Below are positions 13,861-25,060 of a DNA stretch of 64,000 bases, piece after piece; within the stretch, counting starts at the first letter, position 1, and each line of letters begins with the position of its first letter. The position numbers and the translations under genes were made by a program. Below the pieces are notes generated by a model that saw only the letters and a program-made list of their open reading frames with translations, did no database searches and was not told the DNA's origin. The stretch comes from Ginglymostoma cirratum (taxonomy: Eukaryota): positions 21,493,130 through 21,557,129 of the forward strand of contig JAHRHZ010000271.1 of NCBI GenBank assembly GCA_024137785.1, given 5' to 3'.

Positions 13861-15127
13861 ATTGTGTAACTGTAATTGAGTTGAATGTGGTCAAGGAGTT
13901 CAGCTACATTGGAAGTGTGCTATCTGATGATGAAATTGCCAATATAAAAGTGATAACTCACATAAAGAGAGCAAATGTGGTCTTTGATTGTTTGTCCTGA
14001 AGTGCTTGGAGCACATAGTATTGAGCTGGCCTTAACTTCATATTTAGAATGTTGTAAAAATACCTTGCATATATGAAATAGTGACAGACCATATAGGTCT
14101 GTTTACTGCCAGCTACAATTTTTTGCCAATGTTTCACATTTCTTATTACATGGAAGTACAAGATTATTACCAACACAATATTATCTTTGTAGTGAGATAG
14201 GATGTATGTTTATCCTATTATTATTTGGGAACTTGAATTCTGAAGTAGTGGTAAATGGCTTGTTTAGTTTTCAATGTTGCAAAGGTCTGATTTGTTGTTT
14301 AAGATAAGGTCAGAAAAATAATTGGAACTATGAGCTAAAAACAGTCATTTCAAAAAATTACATGACTTAAGCTAAGTAATTCAAGAAGCTATCGAGTGAA
14401 ATAATAGCTACTCACTCTTAACTCTTTTTTTTATGTTTCAGAGTATGGGTGACAGCGCCCAATGCCACAGCAAAGTCGAGTTCAACTGAAAAGGTGCATT
14501 CCAGCAGAAGGGCAGTTTAGTTTTCAGCCGCTTCCCGGCCAATAGAAAAGATGTCTTAAGCTATTGTAGTAGCATAAATATGTCAAAGCCTTGAGTTTAT
14601 TTCTTTGTATGCAGAATGGGAAAAATATTGAGTTAGTGAATATGTAAGAAATTGCCAAAAAGAAATGCTTATGATCTCATCACTTGCATATGAAATTTTA
14701 AAGTGAAAATACAAGCAAACCTTCACTAGGATTGATTGTCTGTAAAGGCGATTGCTGTGAAAAGGGGTTGATTATTTTTTACTTTGCTGTTTTGAGAAGA
14801 TCTTTCAAAATTGCCATGCATATGGTTATTTTGTCTTTTGTGTATATTTTTTAGATAAATGTAGCTTAATGTGAATATATTCAGTGACTTATTACTATGC
14901 TGAACAAATTATAGAAACAACATGTATGGCCTTTTAAGCCAAGTTTCACTCTGGAATCTGGCTTGTCCAGGGTTATAATAAACTGAGATCACAGGAAGGA
15001 AAAGAACAAATACACTGAGCTACAAAATTGTTTCTCATTCTATACTTCATATTTTCATCTACTTCATAAGGTCTATGGTATATTTCTGGTAATACCTTTG
15101 TGAGTTGAAAGTCCATTCAAGAAACAG

Positions 15128-15348
15128 ATAACACAGTGTGGAGCTGCAGGAACACAGCAGGCCAGGCAGCATCAGAGGAGCAGGAAAGCTGATGTTTTGG
15201 GTTGGGGCCCTTCTTCAGAATTTCTGAAAAAGGGTCCTGACCCGAAACGTCAGCTTTCCTGCTCCTCTGAAGGTGCCTGGCCTGCTGTGTTCCTCCAGCT
15301 CCACACTGTGTTATCTCAGACTCCAGCATCAGCAGTTCTTACTATCTT
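15128..15348 (+). mobile_element. Full palindromic PLE-derived insertion with two opposed hammerhead motifs and 13-bp TSD
   Basis: Arms of ~93 bp inverted about cttcagaatttctgaa (centre ~15221), plus ~30-nt tail. TSD attcaagaaacag at 15115-15127 and 15349-15361. Confidence 0.92.
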
Positions 15349-18300
15349 ATTCAAGAAACAGCCTGACATAACAGTTTTTCCTTACAATCCTTTTCTTTTT
15401 GCATATGTTCCACCAAGGGTTGTATAGGACGTGATGTCTTTTCCTGAGAGGCTGTCCTGAAAGCATAATTTTAAACTGAATACTGCATTCAAATACATAG
15501 ACATGGGCTGTTTCAAACACTTAACGTGAATACCACAACACAAGATGTATAACTGACCTAAATTTTCAAGTTATTTGGAAAAGTAGCTGGAAATGCTCGA
15601 GGTCGCAAAGTAAGATAGACATACTCACTGTTTGCTTTTAAAATTCAGCAAGAGGATGCTTGCACAGAGTTCATCAATCAACTTAACCTGATGCAACTTC
15701 AGTTTTACCCGAGAACCAAACTCTTAGAAATCTGAATTTAACACACTGAGTAGCTTACTGAAAATCCTTTTCCTTTAAACAATCTTCACTCCAGTTAAAG
15801 TATCACATATCTAAGAAACCACAGGCCTATCATGAAAGAATCTGGGACAACTACATAATATAATTGTATTTTTGTTTCCCCATTTAAAACTACTCATTTT
15901 CTGTTAAAGACAATTGAGTGAACTATTTCATTTTTAACCATCTATTGTAAGTATGTGATAACAAATAGCCTTCTTTATTTTTAAACTCGCAAGAAGGCTG
16001 CTGCTAGAAATATTTAGGTTAGGATGATCCTGTAGTAAGAAAACATACAATCATCACGTGGAAAACATGCTGATAATAAGTACATGAATTCAATCCATGA
16101 TATAATGCAGTTCCCAATACATATGAAGTCAAGATAACATTAGTAAAACTGACATATGCAAGCGTGCATTTGAAAAATGGTGGATTCAGGCAAATGATGA
16201 TCAATTTTAAAAATTAAGAGTGATTTTGGAAGAATAAATATGCATGTTTAATTAAGGATCTAAGGATCTATGGCAGATGTTGATAAATCTATGTAGGGTT
16301 TAGTAATTATGAAAAAATGAAACTGCTGCCATAACATAAATTATACCTGTATTGTGCAAGACAATAAAAATATTGATGTGTACAAGTAAAATCATGGAAC
16401 AGTAATTTGAAGGAAGTAATGTTAACACTATATAATTATCCAAGGGAGACCACACATGAAACATACTGTCTATTCAACTTTATCAAAATATAAAAGTACG
16501 CAAGGACAGGATGAGTTTAAAACACTGAGCATAGAATTGCTAAGGAGATTAAATATTATAATTGTTTCAAAAACACACAGGACACATTCTTAATTATGCT
16601 TCAAAAGCAAAACTATTAAATAATGCAACAAATCCATACATTAGACATAAAGATATATCTTGTGCAAAAGTAAACAGGAGAATCAGAAAATGTAATTAGA
16701 ATAAGCAATTTATTATTATAAAGAACCTTTATAAGGAACAGACTGCCACCTAGTGCATTAAACACCAATTCTGTTAAACCATTCAGCAAGTATTGGATCA
16801 ATTTATGATTCAGCAAAGACCTGAAGCATTTAAGTTTGGGTTAAATTAAATGAAAAATTGGTCATGAAACAGGACTTGGCTGATGGAGCTGGTTAATGTG
16901 TGGATATATCTATGTTTATTTCTATATTTTTTCATTGTGTGGAACTTCACCTTGCATATCTTATTGTCAGCCATACCCAAATGAGAAGGTGGACCACCTA
17001 CTAGTTGATGTGCACTTCAATGGGCTACTCAAAGAGGCACATAGCAGCCTAGAAATGATTCCCTCTTCAATTTCTACACCTTAGCAATGGCAGCACTCAA
17101 TATCAAAGCTGACCATGATGCTGCTTCAATGTAATGGTCCAACCCGCTCTTACACTATTTTCAAGAAATTACACTAGTACGGACCTTGAACCCTCTAAAT
17201 CAAGTTAAACAGCTGCACAAGGATGCCTGTGTGGGGACATCAAACAAGCACACCAATCTCCCTTATTGCCTTAGGATATATGAGGTAGATTGAGTTCACA
17301 GCTGAAGAGATGAGAATTCACATACAATACCAGACTGTAAAGTTTACATTGCCAAGTTTTTTTTTCTGAGAACATTCTCTGTACCTGCTTTATTCCAGTG
17401 CAAACTTGGCAGTGTAAGGGATGCCTTAGATTGTGAATGATATGGTGCACATTTATTATAGGTTATTAACACATCAGTATATGGTAAGCACATGTTGAAG
17501 TGTTAAACTTGATAATGGATTGCCAGCGCCTAAATAAAGGCACACCTTTGAGCTCATTACAGAAATTATGTTACTTTTTGTTTAGCATGCACTTTTCCAA
17601 GCATGTTTTTAGTTGCATTCACAATAATGAAAGAAGGTTCTGATGCTGAGCCAAACCATATTCTTATATTAAATTTACAGTTAATCCAAACATCTATCAA
17701 ACATGATTCATTATCTCAAATATATATTTACCATTTGGAATTATCTACTACCTTACAGATATAATGCAAGGAATGTAAGTGAGATGAACATTTTAAGCGA
17801 CGCATAAAATTTGAATCATCAATAAGGGCTGAACTGCAAAGAAAATTGCATCAGTTCAACAGACATGTTTGGTATATGCCAAATATCTTCTGTGTGATTA
17901 CATTCGGTGTAACTATTGGCATTGTCATCTATTGAGAGTGATATGAGGCAGATAACTTATGTGAGCAATTGCAACGTTTTCTTGGCAACTTATTATCTAA
18001 AGGATGAGAAGGGGCCTCTGGAATAACAATTGATTTCCAACTCAATTGTATTGCTAGAAAAGGAAGATTGTCTTGACAATCCTTATCAAAAAAGTTGTTA
18101 TAACAATTCAATAATGTTTAAATGATTGTTTTATTTGGGCTGTATTCCCACTGCAGCAGGTGTGAAAATGAGTAGTGGGAGACTGCATTCCCCCTTTTGC
18201 AAATCAGATCAAACTAATTTGGTCTTCAAAATGCACCACACAATTTGTACCAGACTATTTTGCATCAATACAAATTGTACATAATATATAGTATAATATC

Positions 18301-21173
18301 ATGTCAAGGCATAGTCCCGGAGAAAACATTTTCGAGTTGTTAAAAACACATTTATGATATTTGTCCTGAATGTGTTATTGCTGGTGTGTCTTATTTGACC
18401 ATTTTTGTGCATTGATTATATGCATGTTATTTAAAACATGCTTATAAAGGATAGCTTAGTTCAAAGGAACAGTTTTAATGAATTGAGACACACCTGTAAT
18501 AATATATACATCAGCACCTATTACATCTATTCAAGCTGTGTAGCGGGAGCTTGTTAATACAGTTCTTAGAAACCAAATATCTAATTACAAGATACCTGAA
18601 AATCACCTTTAACAATACTGTTCAATAGTTTTCCAAGCCTTTGCCTTTTCAAAAAGTATTTACTTTGGTACAAAGTGAGCAATTTAACACTTTGAAAAAG
18701 TACACGTTGAAACAAATTAGTCCTATCAATGGCTTACATTTGAAGAATTATATTGAAAATCAAGGTTATCAAAATACTTGCAAAGGACAAGGGATTGTGG
18801 CTTTTTACATTAAATAACGTTTATGGACTCAAATCGTAGACACAGATTGTAAAAGTCCACACAGGTGAGCTTGACTGCATCAACGCCTGAAGCTACAGCC
18901 ATCACTGATTGATGTGCGTGTGGTACCAAAGACAATTTCCCTGACGCCTGTACATTTCCAGTGATTTCAAAGGAAGTTCCCAAGTGTAAGTGACAGCCAA
19001 ATATCTACCTCATCATCCGAGCCAAATGTATAGCCTTTTGAAGGCCCCCGGCTGATTTATTCCTTTGGTGTAAAAAGAGAGACTGTAAATGTTTATTCAG
19101 CACACTAATCAGTGTGAACACGCCAAAATCGCCATGTAAAAAAACATGAATGAGAAAGTTACAGAACCGCAAGTCATTTTCGGTATATTTACAGAGAATG
19201 TAAACCATATTTTATGGTTCTCTCGTAACTATTCAGAAATTACACATCTGTATGATTACTATATTTGAGAACTTAATGTTCAGTTTTTACTATAGGGTTT
19301 CCATTTATATTTTCAGTTTACTGTGCGGTAATATACAGCTTCAGAAATGGGTTTGCATTCAGAATATTGGATCAAAACACAAAACCCACCAAGATTCTAT
19401 AGTTTGACGTTGCCGTTTACTCACTTTAATTCGTCCCGTCTGTTTTAAATCTATAATCAACCTGCCTTAGGACGATCAGCAGAGTTAGGGGTAATCTGCG
19501 TCCGGAACATTATCTGGAAGGAGGCATTTGCCCACTGCAACTTTCTAACGCCTGCACCACCCCTCTCCGGTGTGTCCAACACTTACATCTGAAGCTGTTC
19601 GGAAGGAAGTCTCAGGCTCAGATCGAGCCCCTGAGTAGGGGTATGGCTCGTTGTACAACTGAATTGAGTGTGAAGTTAAAAACCTTTCGAATGCGAGGAG
19701 CTGCAAATTTGTTCAGCTCAGACATATTGCGGACGCTGGAAGTTCATTTGTAATCGTTGCGTGCTAAGTTTGCGAAAACGTTCATTGTACAAAAAAAATC
19801 ATCTTCATGATTTACATATTAACGGAAACAATTACAGTGGCCCGGGCGCGACACAATGCACTAGAAGGATCACTCTGATGTAACGTTGTGGTTCTCAGTC
19901 TTTTTTTAGGGGGATTTAGAGCACTACTCGTAAGTAATGCAAAGAGCCGGATTAATATTCCTGGCAGGTGCAGCATTAAAGGCAATTTATAAAAGCTTTT
20001 TGATGTGCCCGTCTATTTCTGAGCATGTCAGTATGTTGTTGCAGCCTGTTTGTCTTTCATATAAAGTTACAGCTATTTAAAATTCTAAGCACAGGGCGGA
20101 AATTATTCTCCTGTCCCTTTTAACCAACCGACGGAAGCGAGTAATTACTTTCTTATAGAAACTATTTTTGGCACCGGATAATCATTTGCCCTCGCGATAG
20201 TAAAACAAGTAAGGTACAATTTTACTGCACCGTAACAGCAAAGGAACTGCGATGTTATTTTGTTCCACCGTTACAGTGGCTCTCTGACATAATCGCAGCG
20301 GACTACGGGTTAAACCAGATCGTCTTTCATTCGAGAGAGTGCGTTCCGAAAGCTGCGAGCCACAATTATTGAGGAGTTTGTGTTCAATCAGTAGTAACTT
20401 TTTGTCCACTCGGTTCTAGCTAATCATCATTGATATGATATCTTTTTAACCTAGCTTACTCCATCGTTATTATTGACCAAGTCATAAATAGCGTTAATCA
20501 AATAAACAGTCTCAATTGTGAATTATAAATATATAATATTCATCCCAGCGAACACATGCAGTCCATACATATATATACACACACACCAACAATTTCCGTA
20601 GACTATATGGGAAGAGTATCAAACTTATTCGTTAGCTAATATCACTGTTGCAATTGCTTTGATCTCACTGTAATGAGAAACAAACTTGGAACATTGACTT
20701 GACCATCTACTATTTCCAGTACGCTGGCTATCCGGTAGGGTCGCGGGACATATCACAGAATTACGCGGCACAACAAGTGGCCACTCGGTCTATCGTGTCG
20801 GTGCCAGCACTTTGAAAGAGCACCCCCACCTTTTACACGTGTCGATCCCACGTCAGAATCTGCTCTCCCCACTGTTTCTGACCGTGCATCTATAGCCAGC
20901 ATCAATGTTCATCACTTCCCTCTTGTCACATGAACGAAATAACGCAGTCGCCCTGTCTCTGACTTGCAGCTCGTTACACGCAACAATGTGGGGCTGAGGG
21001 GATGGGGCTTGTAACTAAAACGACAGCATCTTCGCCTAACTGCCGACATCCCACCGAAAGTTCTTGGTTCTATTACATTTTCCTTCAGAGTACGTGAGAG
21101 AGGAAACGATGCACCTTTAACTTAATGAATTCATGTTTTGTACCATAGCACGTTTATCTGAAAGATTACAGAC

Positions 21174-21179
21174 ACTTAC
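21174..21179 (-). other. Splice donor of LGR6 exon 1 (phase 2)
   Basis: TCC TAC CT|GTAAGT, a consensus GTAAGT at the position where LGR4/5/6 first coding exons end. Confidence 0.9.
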
Positions 21180-21367
21180 AGGTAGGACGTCAACGGGCTC
21201 AAGTCTTCCGGCAATGCTGTAAACCCGAGCTCTGAGCAATCGACCCACAGCAGAATGCCATCCTCTTCACAGTGGCACCGAGCTGGGCAAGAAGGAATCA
21301 TTGGCGCTTGGCTGGAGGGAACATAGCCAAAGGCAGCTAGGGCCAGCACTAAGCAGGGCAAGAGCAT
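21180..21367 (-). CDS. LGR6: Leucine-rich repeat-containing GPCR 6 (R-spondin receptor), first coding exon (partial CDS)
   Basis: MLLPCLVLALAAFGYVPSSQAPMIPSCPARCHCEEDGILLWVDCSELGFTALPEDLSPLTSYL is a signal peptide plus LRRNT cysteine cap. It is closer to LGR6 ([37 protein letters not shown]) than to LGR5 (CHCEPDGRMLLRVDCSDLGLSELPSNLSVFTSYL). The ATG has A at -3. Exon is 188 nt and ends at a GT donor. Confidence 0.88.
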
Positions 21368-21521
21368 TCTCCTGTGAGATGAAAGGGAGCGTTTCGTGGC
21401 TCTGTGCGAATGACACTTGAAGCAGCACACGTGTGTGGATGCAGATCTCTCCAAACTTTGCTCTGCTCTCGCTACCACCGCATCTACCTATTGTAGTTCA
21501 GGGTAAATACACAAATCCCTT

Positions 21522-21549
21522 ATTGGCTGGCGCCGAGGGTTGAAATTGG
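21522..21549 (-). promoter_or_regulatory. Pair of CCAAT boxes upstream of the LGR6 start codon
   Basis: Minus-strand cagCCAATaag (21526-21522) and gtCCAATttc (21549-21545), ~155-180 nt upstream of the ATG. Confidence 0.45.
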
Positions 21550-23165
21550 ACGGCTGGTCGCTGTGGGAGGAGCTTGCAGCACGCAAAGATTTACTGGGTT
21601 GGTTAATCAAATTTAATTCGAAGTTACCTCCCAAATACTGAGTTTCTCCACGTTTATTCAGGCAAAGAAAGAAAAAAAACAAAAGTTTTCATCTCATCAT
21701 TCAGATCGCTTACAATCTCTGAAGTGACTAATCGCATACACCTTGTTAATGAGTGTGCACTGACTGGGATATTTCAACCGCACATTTTATTGCAATTTTG
21801 GAAAATTAGCTGTTTCAATTGTTCTTTTTTCTTAGGTAGGTTCAAAGAAGTTTGAGACACAAGGCTGTAGATTTCTTTGCGAGGTGCACAGATTCACAAC
21901 CGTACTGGGAAAACAAAAATCCACAGAAATTAAATATTAACCTATCCGAGTGAATGCACTTCAAGCGTACAATTCAATTGGTGTATGACATGATGAGAGG
22001 CGCCAAAATGTAAAGATAGGACCAATTAAACATTAAAAGGACCTGACGACAAGAAAATTGTCCAGTTTCCTCCTTCAGGTCCCATGTAAACCCTTGGAAA
22101 CAGTGCAATTTGTATCAGCTAATAACTTTGTTCTGGGTGTTCAAGCTGGACTTTAAAACAGCCGAATTGATCAGAAAGGTAATCTGCACTGGGGAATATC
22201 AAAGCTTCTGCTTTGAGGAAGCCTTATCACGAGGAGTCTGAATTCAAATAGACTCAAAACTTCATTTCGCTCCCAAATTCAATAACAATTCTGCGGAAGG
22301 TTTGAAACAATGAAACCCAAAACAGCGATTCACAATCTAAGTGGCGTTGGCGCCTGTTTAATTATACAGTACACGGGTTTCCAAAAGTGTCCAAAACCAC
22401 ACACAAATTTATATTCTGTGACAGGCCTTTTATCAAAAGTAGACACAAGGCGCTTTGCTGATTTATTTCACAGCCCTAAAATCTCAGTAGCTTTCTAATG
22501 CTTTTCCTTATTCCCCTCTTAGCTTAGATCTAGTTTCAGGTTTTACACTCTCAGTAAGCGGTCCGAACGCGTTTCCCCTCCCTCTTCCATTTCATGCGGC
22601 TCAGAATAAATTGTTTTCCCACTGTATAGGAAATAGCTGGTAAAAAGTGTACCTGCTGAAAACATTCTTTCGACCCTCCGTCATTGTTCATTCTTTTTTG
22701 TGTTTGTGACCAATTCTCTTTCTTGTTGCGAGGAGCAGCCAGGAGCGAGCAGTGTGGTTAGTGGCTAATTGACAGCTGGCAAATGCCAAGCCTGGTAAAG
22801 CGGAGGGCGTTGGCATAAACCCACAAATCGTATGCTTCTGAAATATAATTTGCTGCAAAATGTTAAGCATCTTTGCTAAAACGAACGTAAGAAGCTTTGT
22901 CAGGCTTCTGCTGAACGATTTCAATTTTATTTCTTTTTCTAAAATTTCTTCGGCGTTAAGGGGGGGGGAAATAGTGGACGGTCACATGGCTCAGTGACCA
23001 CAGTGGATGGATGCCTCCGTCAGTCAACATGACAAGGTAACTTCGGGAGAATTAAATCACCAGAATTTGAGGATGTAAAAGCAATGGTGGCTGCAGGAGC
23101 ACCTTCGTTTTCGATTGTGCTATTGTAGAGTGTGGCTTTGACTGCAAGGCAGACATTGGAGGGAG

Positions 23166-23315
23166 AGATAGTATGAATTGCCGATGCTGGAGTCAGAGAT
23201 AACACAGTGTGGAGCTGAATGAACACACCGGACCAGGCAGTATCAGAGGAGCAGGAAAGCTGACGTTTCGAGTCGGGACTCTTCTTCAGAAATTCTGAAG
23301 AAGGGCCCCGACCCT
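23166..23315 (-). mobile_element. PLE-derived insertion with intact hammerhead motif, short inverted arm and 15-bp TSD
   Basis: TSD agacat(t/c)ggagg(g/a)ag at 23151-23165 and 23316-23330. Minus-strand CTGAAGA-a-gagtcccgactc-GAAA-CGTC. Confidence 0.9.
23262..23289 (-). ncRNA. Minimal type I hammerhead ribozyme motif (PLE type)
   Basis: CUGAAGA box, stem II GAGU(CCCG)ACUC, GAAA box, palindromic ACGU in place of stem III, GUC triplet. Stem I is very short, so activity is not established. Confidence 0.65.
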
Positions 23316-23439
23316 AGACATCGGAGGAAGTTATGTTTGAAGTTGTGCTGGTTGTGAAGATTAAAACAAAGAAGTAGGAGTATCTCATTTAGACACCCAC
23401 GTTCGATCTGGCATTCAATAAGGTAATGTCTCACCCGAG

Positions 23440-23840
23440 ACCTAATTCCATTCCCTCATATTCCTCCATATCTTTGGTCAACATGCCAAAAGAACCTGTC
23501 AATTTCTGATTTAAAATTACTTACTGTTCTGGCACCATTGCCATGTGTGGAGAAAGTTTCAAACTGCAGTGTTTACATGATTTTTTAAAAAAAATTTGCT
23601 CCTGAAAGGCCTGGTTGCCCTTTTAAAATAATGTTCCCTAGTCCAACAGTCCAAGCAACATTAATTGTTTTTCTCCCTCCGTATCTCATCTATTCTCCAT
23701 AATATCTTGAAAGCTTCAAATTACCCATTAACCTTCACAGTACTGGGGTGTACAATCCTCATTTGCTCGGTCTCTACTCATAACACATTGAGTCTAGTTA
23801 TCATTTGGTAAACCTATGTTGCATTTGCTCCAAGGCTCAG
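23440..23840 (-). mobile_element. Highly decayed CR1 3' fragment
   Basis: Same ordered motifs as other minus-strand CR1 tails (ccctagtcc...cataatatcttgaaagcttc...ggtaaacctatgttgca...tccaagg). Confidence 0.6.
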
Positions 23841-24609
23841 ATTGCATTTTAATTTCTGCTAAAATATATTTGCATAATCATACATATGAAATCTTCCATG
23901 AATCAATTTTTCTGTCAGAATGCAGCAGAATATGATTGTTTTTTTTTCATTTTATGAGTTCCTTGAGGTATTTAAGAATGCTAGCTTGGTACAATTGCAG
24001 TAATACACTTGAAAATTGGTTGATGATCCCATATAAATATTTAATAAAACTGTCCCTTCACCATCTGCGAGTAATCTGTTTTAAAATTACTGAAAAATGT
24101 TTTACAAAACTGTACTGAACCATTTAATACTTTAATTGGTGTTTCTTAGTAAATTTGTTTTGATATGAATATACTTTTAAAACATCCCTACAAGTGCCCA
24201 TACATGTACAAAAATAAGTCTTATTTGAACAGCTCTCCTTAACCACTGGAATTGATGGAATCTTGCAATTCTAATTTGGTGAGGTGAGGTCAATATTGCA
24301 GGTGGGTCTATAAAGGCAAATTGAATCTTGAGCCAGTGCAAAATTTTGCAATAGAACATGAAGACAATTTTACTTTGAGTGCAATTCATTTATCTTTACA
24401 ATTCACCAAATTTTTGAACTGGTTTGGCTGATTCTGCCGAGAATTCATTGATAATAACTACTTGAAACAAGTGGAAATTTAATCTTTCAATTTCAGAGAC
24501 TGGAAGTGGCAAAGTACAATTGCGGTTGGGACCAAAGTTCTACTGCAAGCCATCCTCAGCTGCAACACAGACTGTAGCTGTGAAAAAGTGTGTATATTTT
24601 CTCTGCTAT

Positions 24610-25060
24610 GACTTTCTTTTTATTTGTACTTTGGGAAATGGGCATCACTCGAAAGGCCAATATTTATTGCCCATTCCTAATTGACTTGGAGAAGATTGTG
24701 ATGGTGAATGACCTTCTTCAACCAGTGCAGTCTTTCTGGTGTAGTCACATCACAGTGCAAAAAGGGAGTTTCAGATTTTTTACTGGTCAGAGTGAGAGAA
24801 CGATGATATGATTGCAAGTCGAGATGGTGATTGACTAGGAAGAGAACTTACAGGTGCTGCATATCCCCACGCATATGTTGTCTGTTGTTCTAGCTGATAG
24901 AGGTCATGAGTTTGGAAAGTGCCGCTGAAAGAACCTAGGCAACTTACTGCGGTACATTTTGTGGATGGAATGCACTTTTGGCACTATGAACCAATAGCTA
25001 AGAGAGTGAAATAGGCTGCTTTGTCTTGATGGTATTGAGTTTCTTGATTGTTGTTGGAGT
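24610..25060 (-). mobile_element. Decayed LINE 3' fragment, family uncertain
   Basis: gggcatcact...ggccaatatttattgcccattcctaattgacttggagaag, recognised as a common elasmobranch LINE end. Confidence 0.5.

Larger units (their letters stand above)
19400..23050. promoter_or_regulatory. CpG-enriched region spanning the LGR6 promoter, exon 1 and proximal intron 1
   Basis: CpG dinucleotides are visibly far more frequent than in the CpG-depleted flanks, and the region is nearly repeat-free. Not quantified. Confidence 0.7.

Noticed and set aside
21368-21478. 37-aa N-terminal extension in the ORF track (MVARAEQ...)
   Set aside because: It starts at a GTG, not an ATG. The ATG at 21367 directly precedes a signal peptide.
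20657-22204. TCF/LEF-like sites around the LGR6 promoter (20657, 20810, 21841, 22198)
   Set aside because: Their density is about what chance gives in AT-rich DNA, roughly one per 1-1.5 kb by my estimate.
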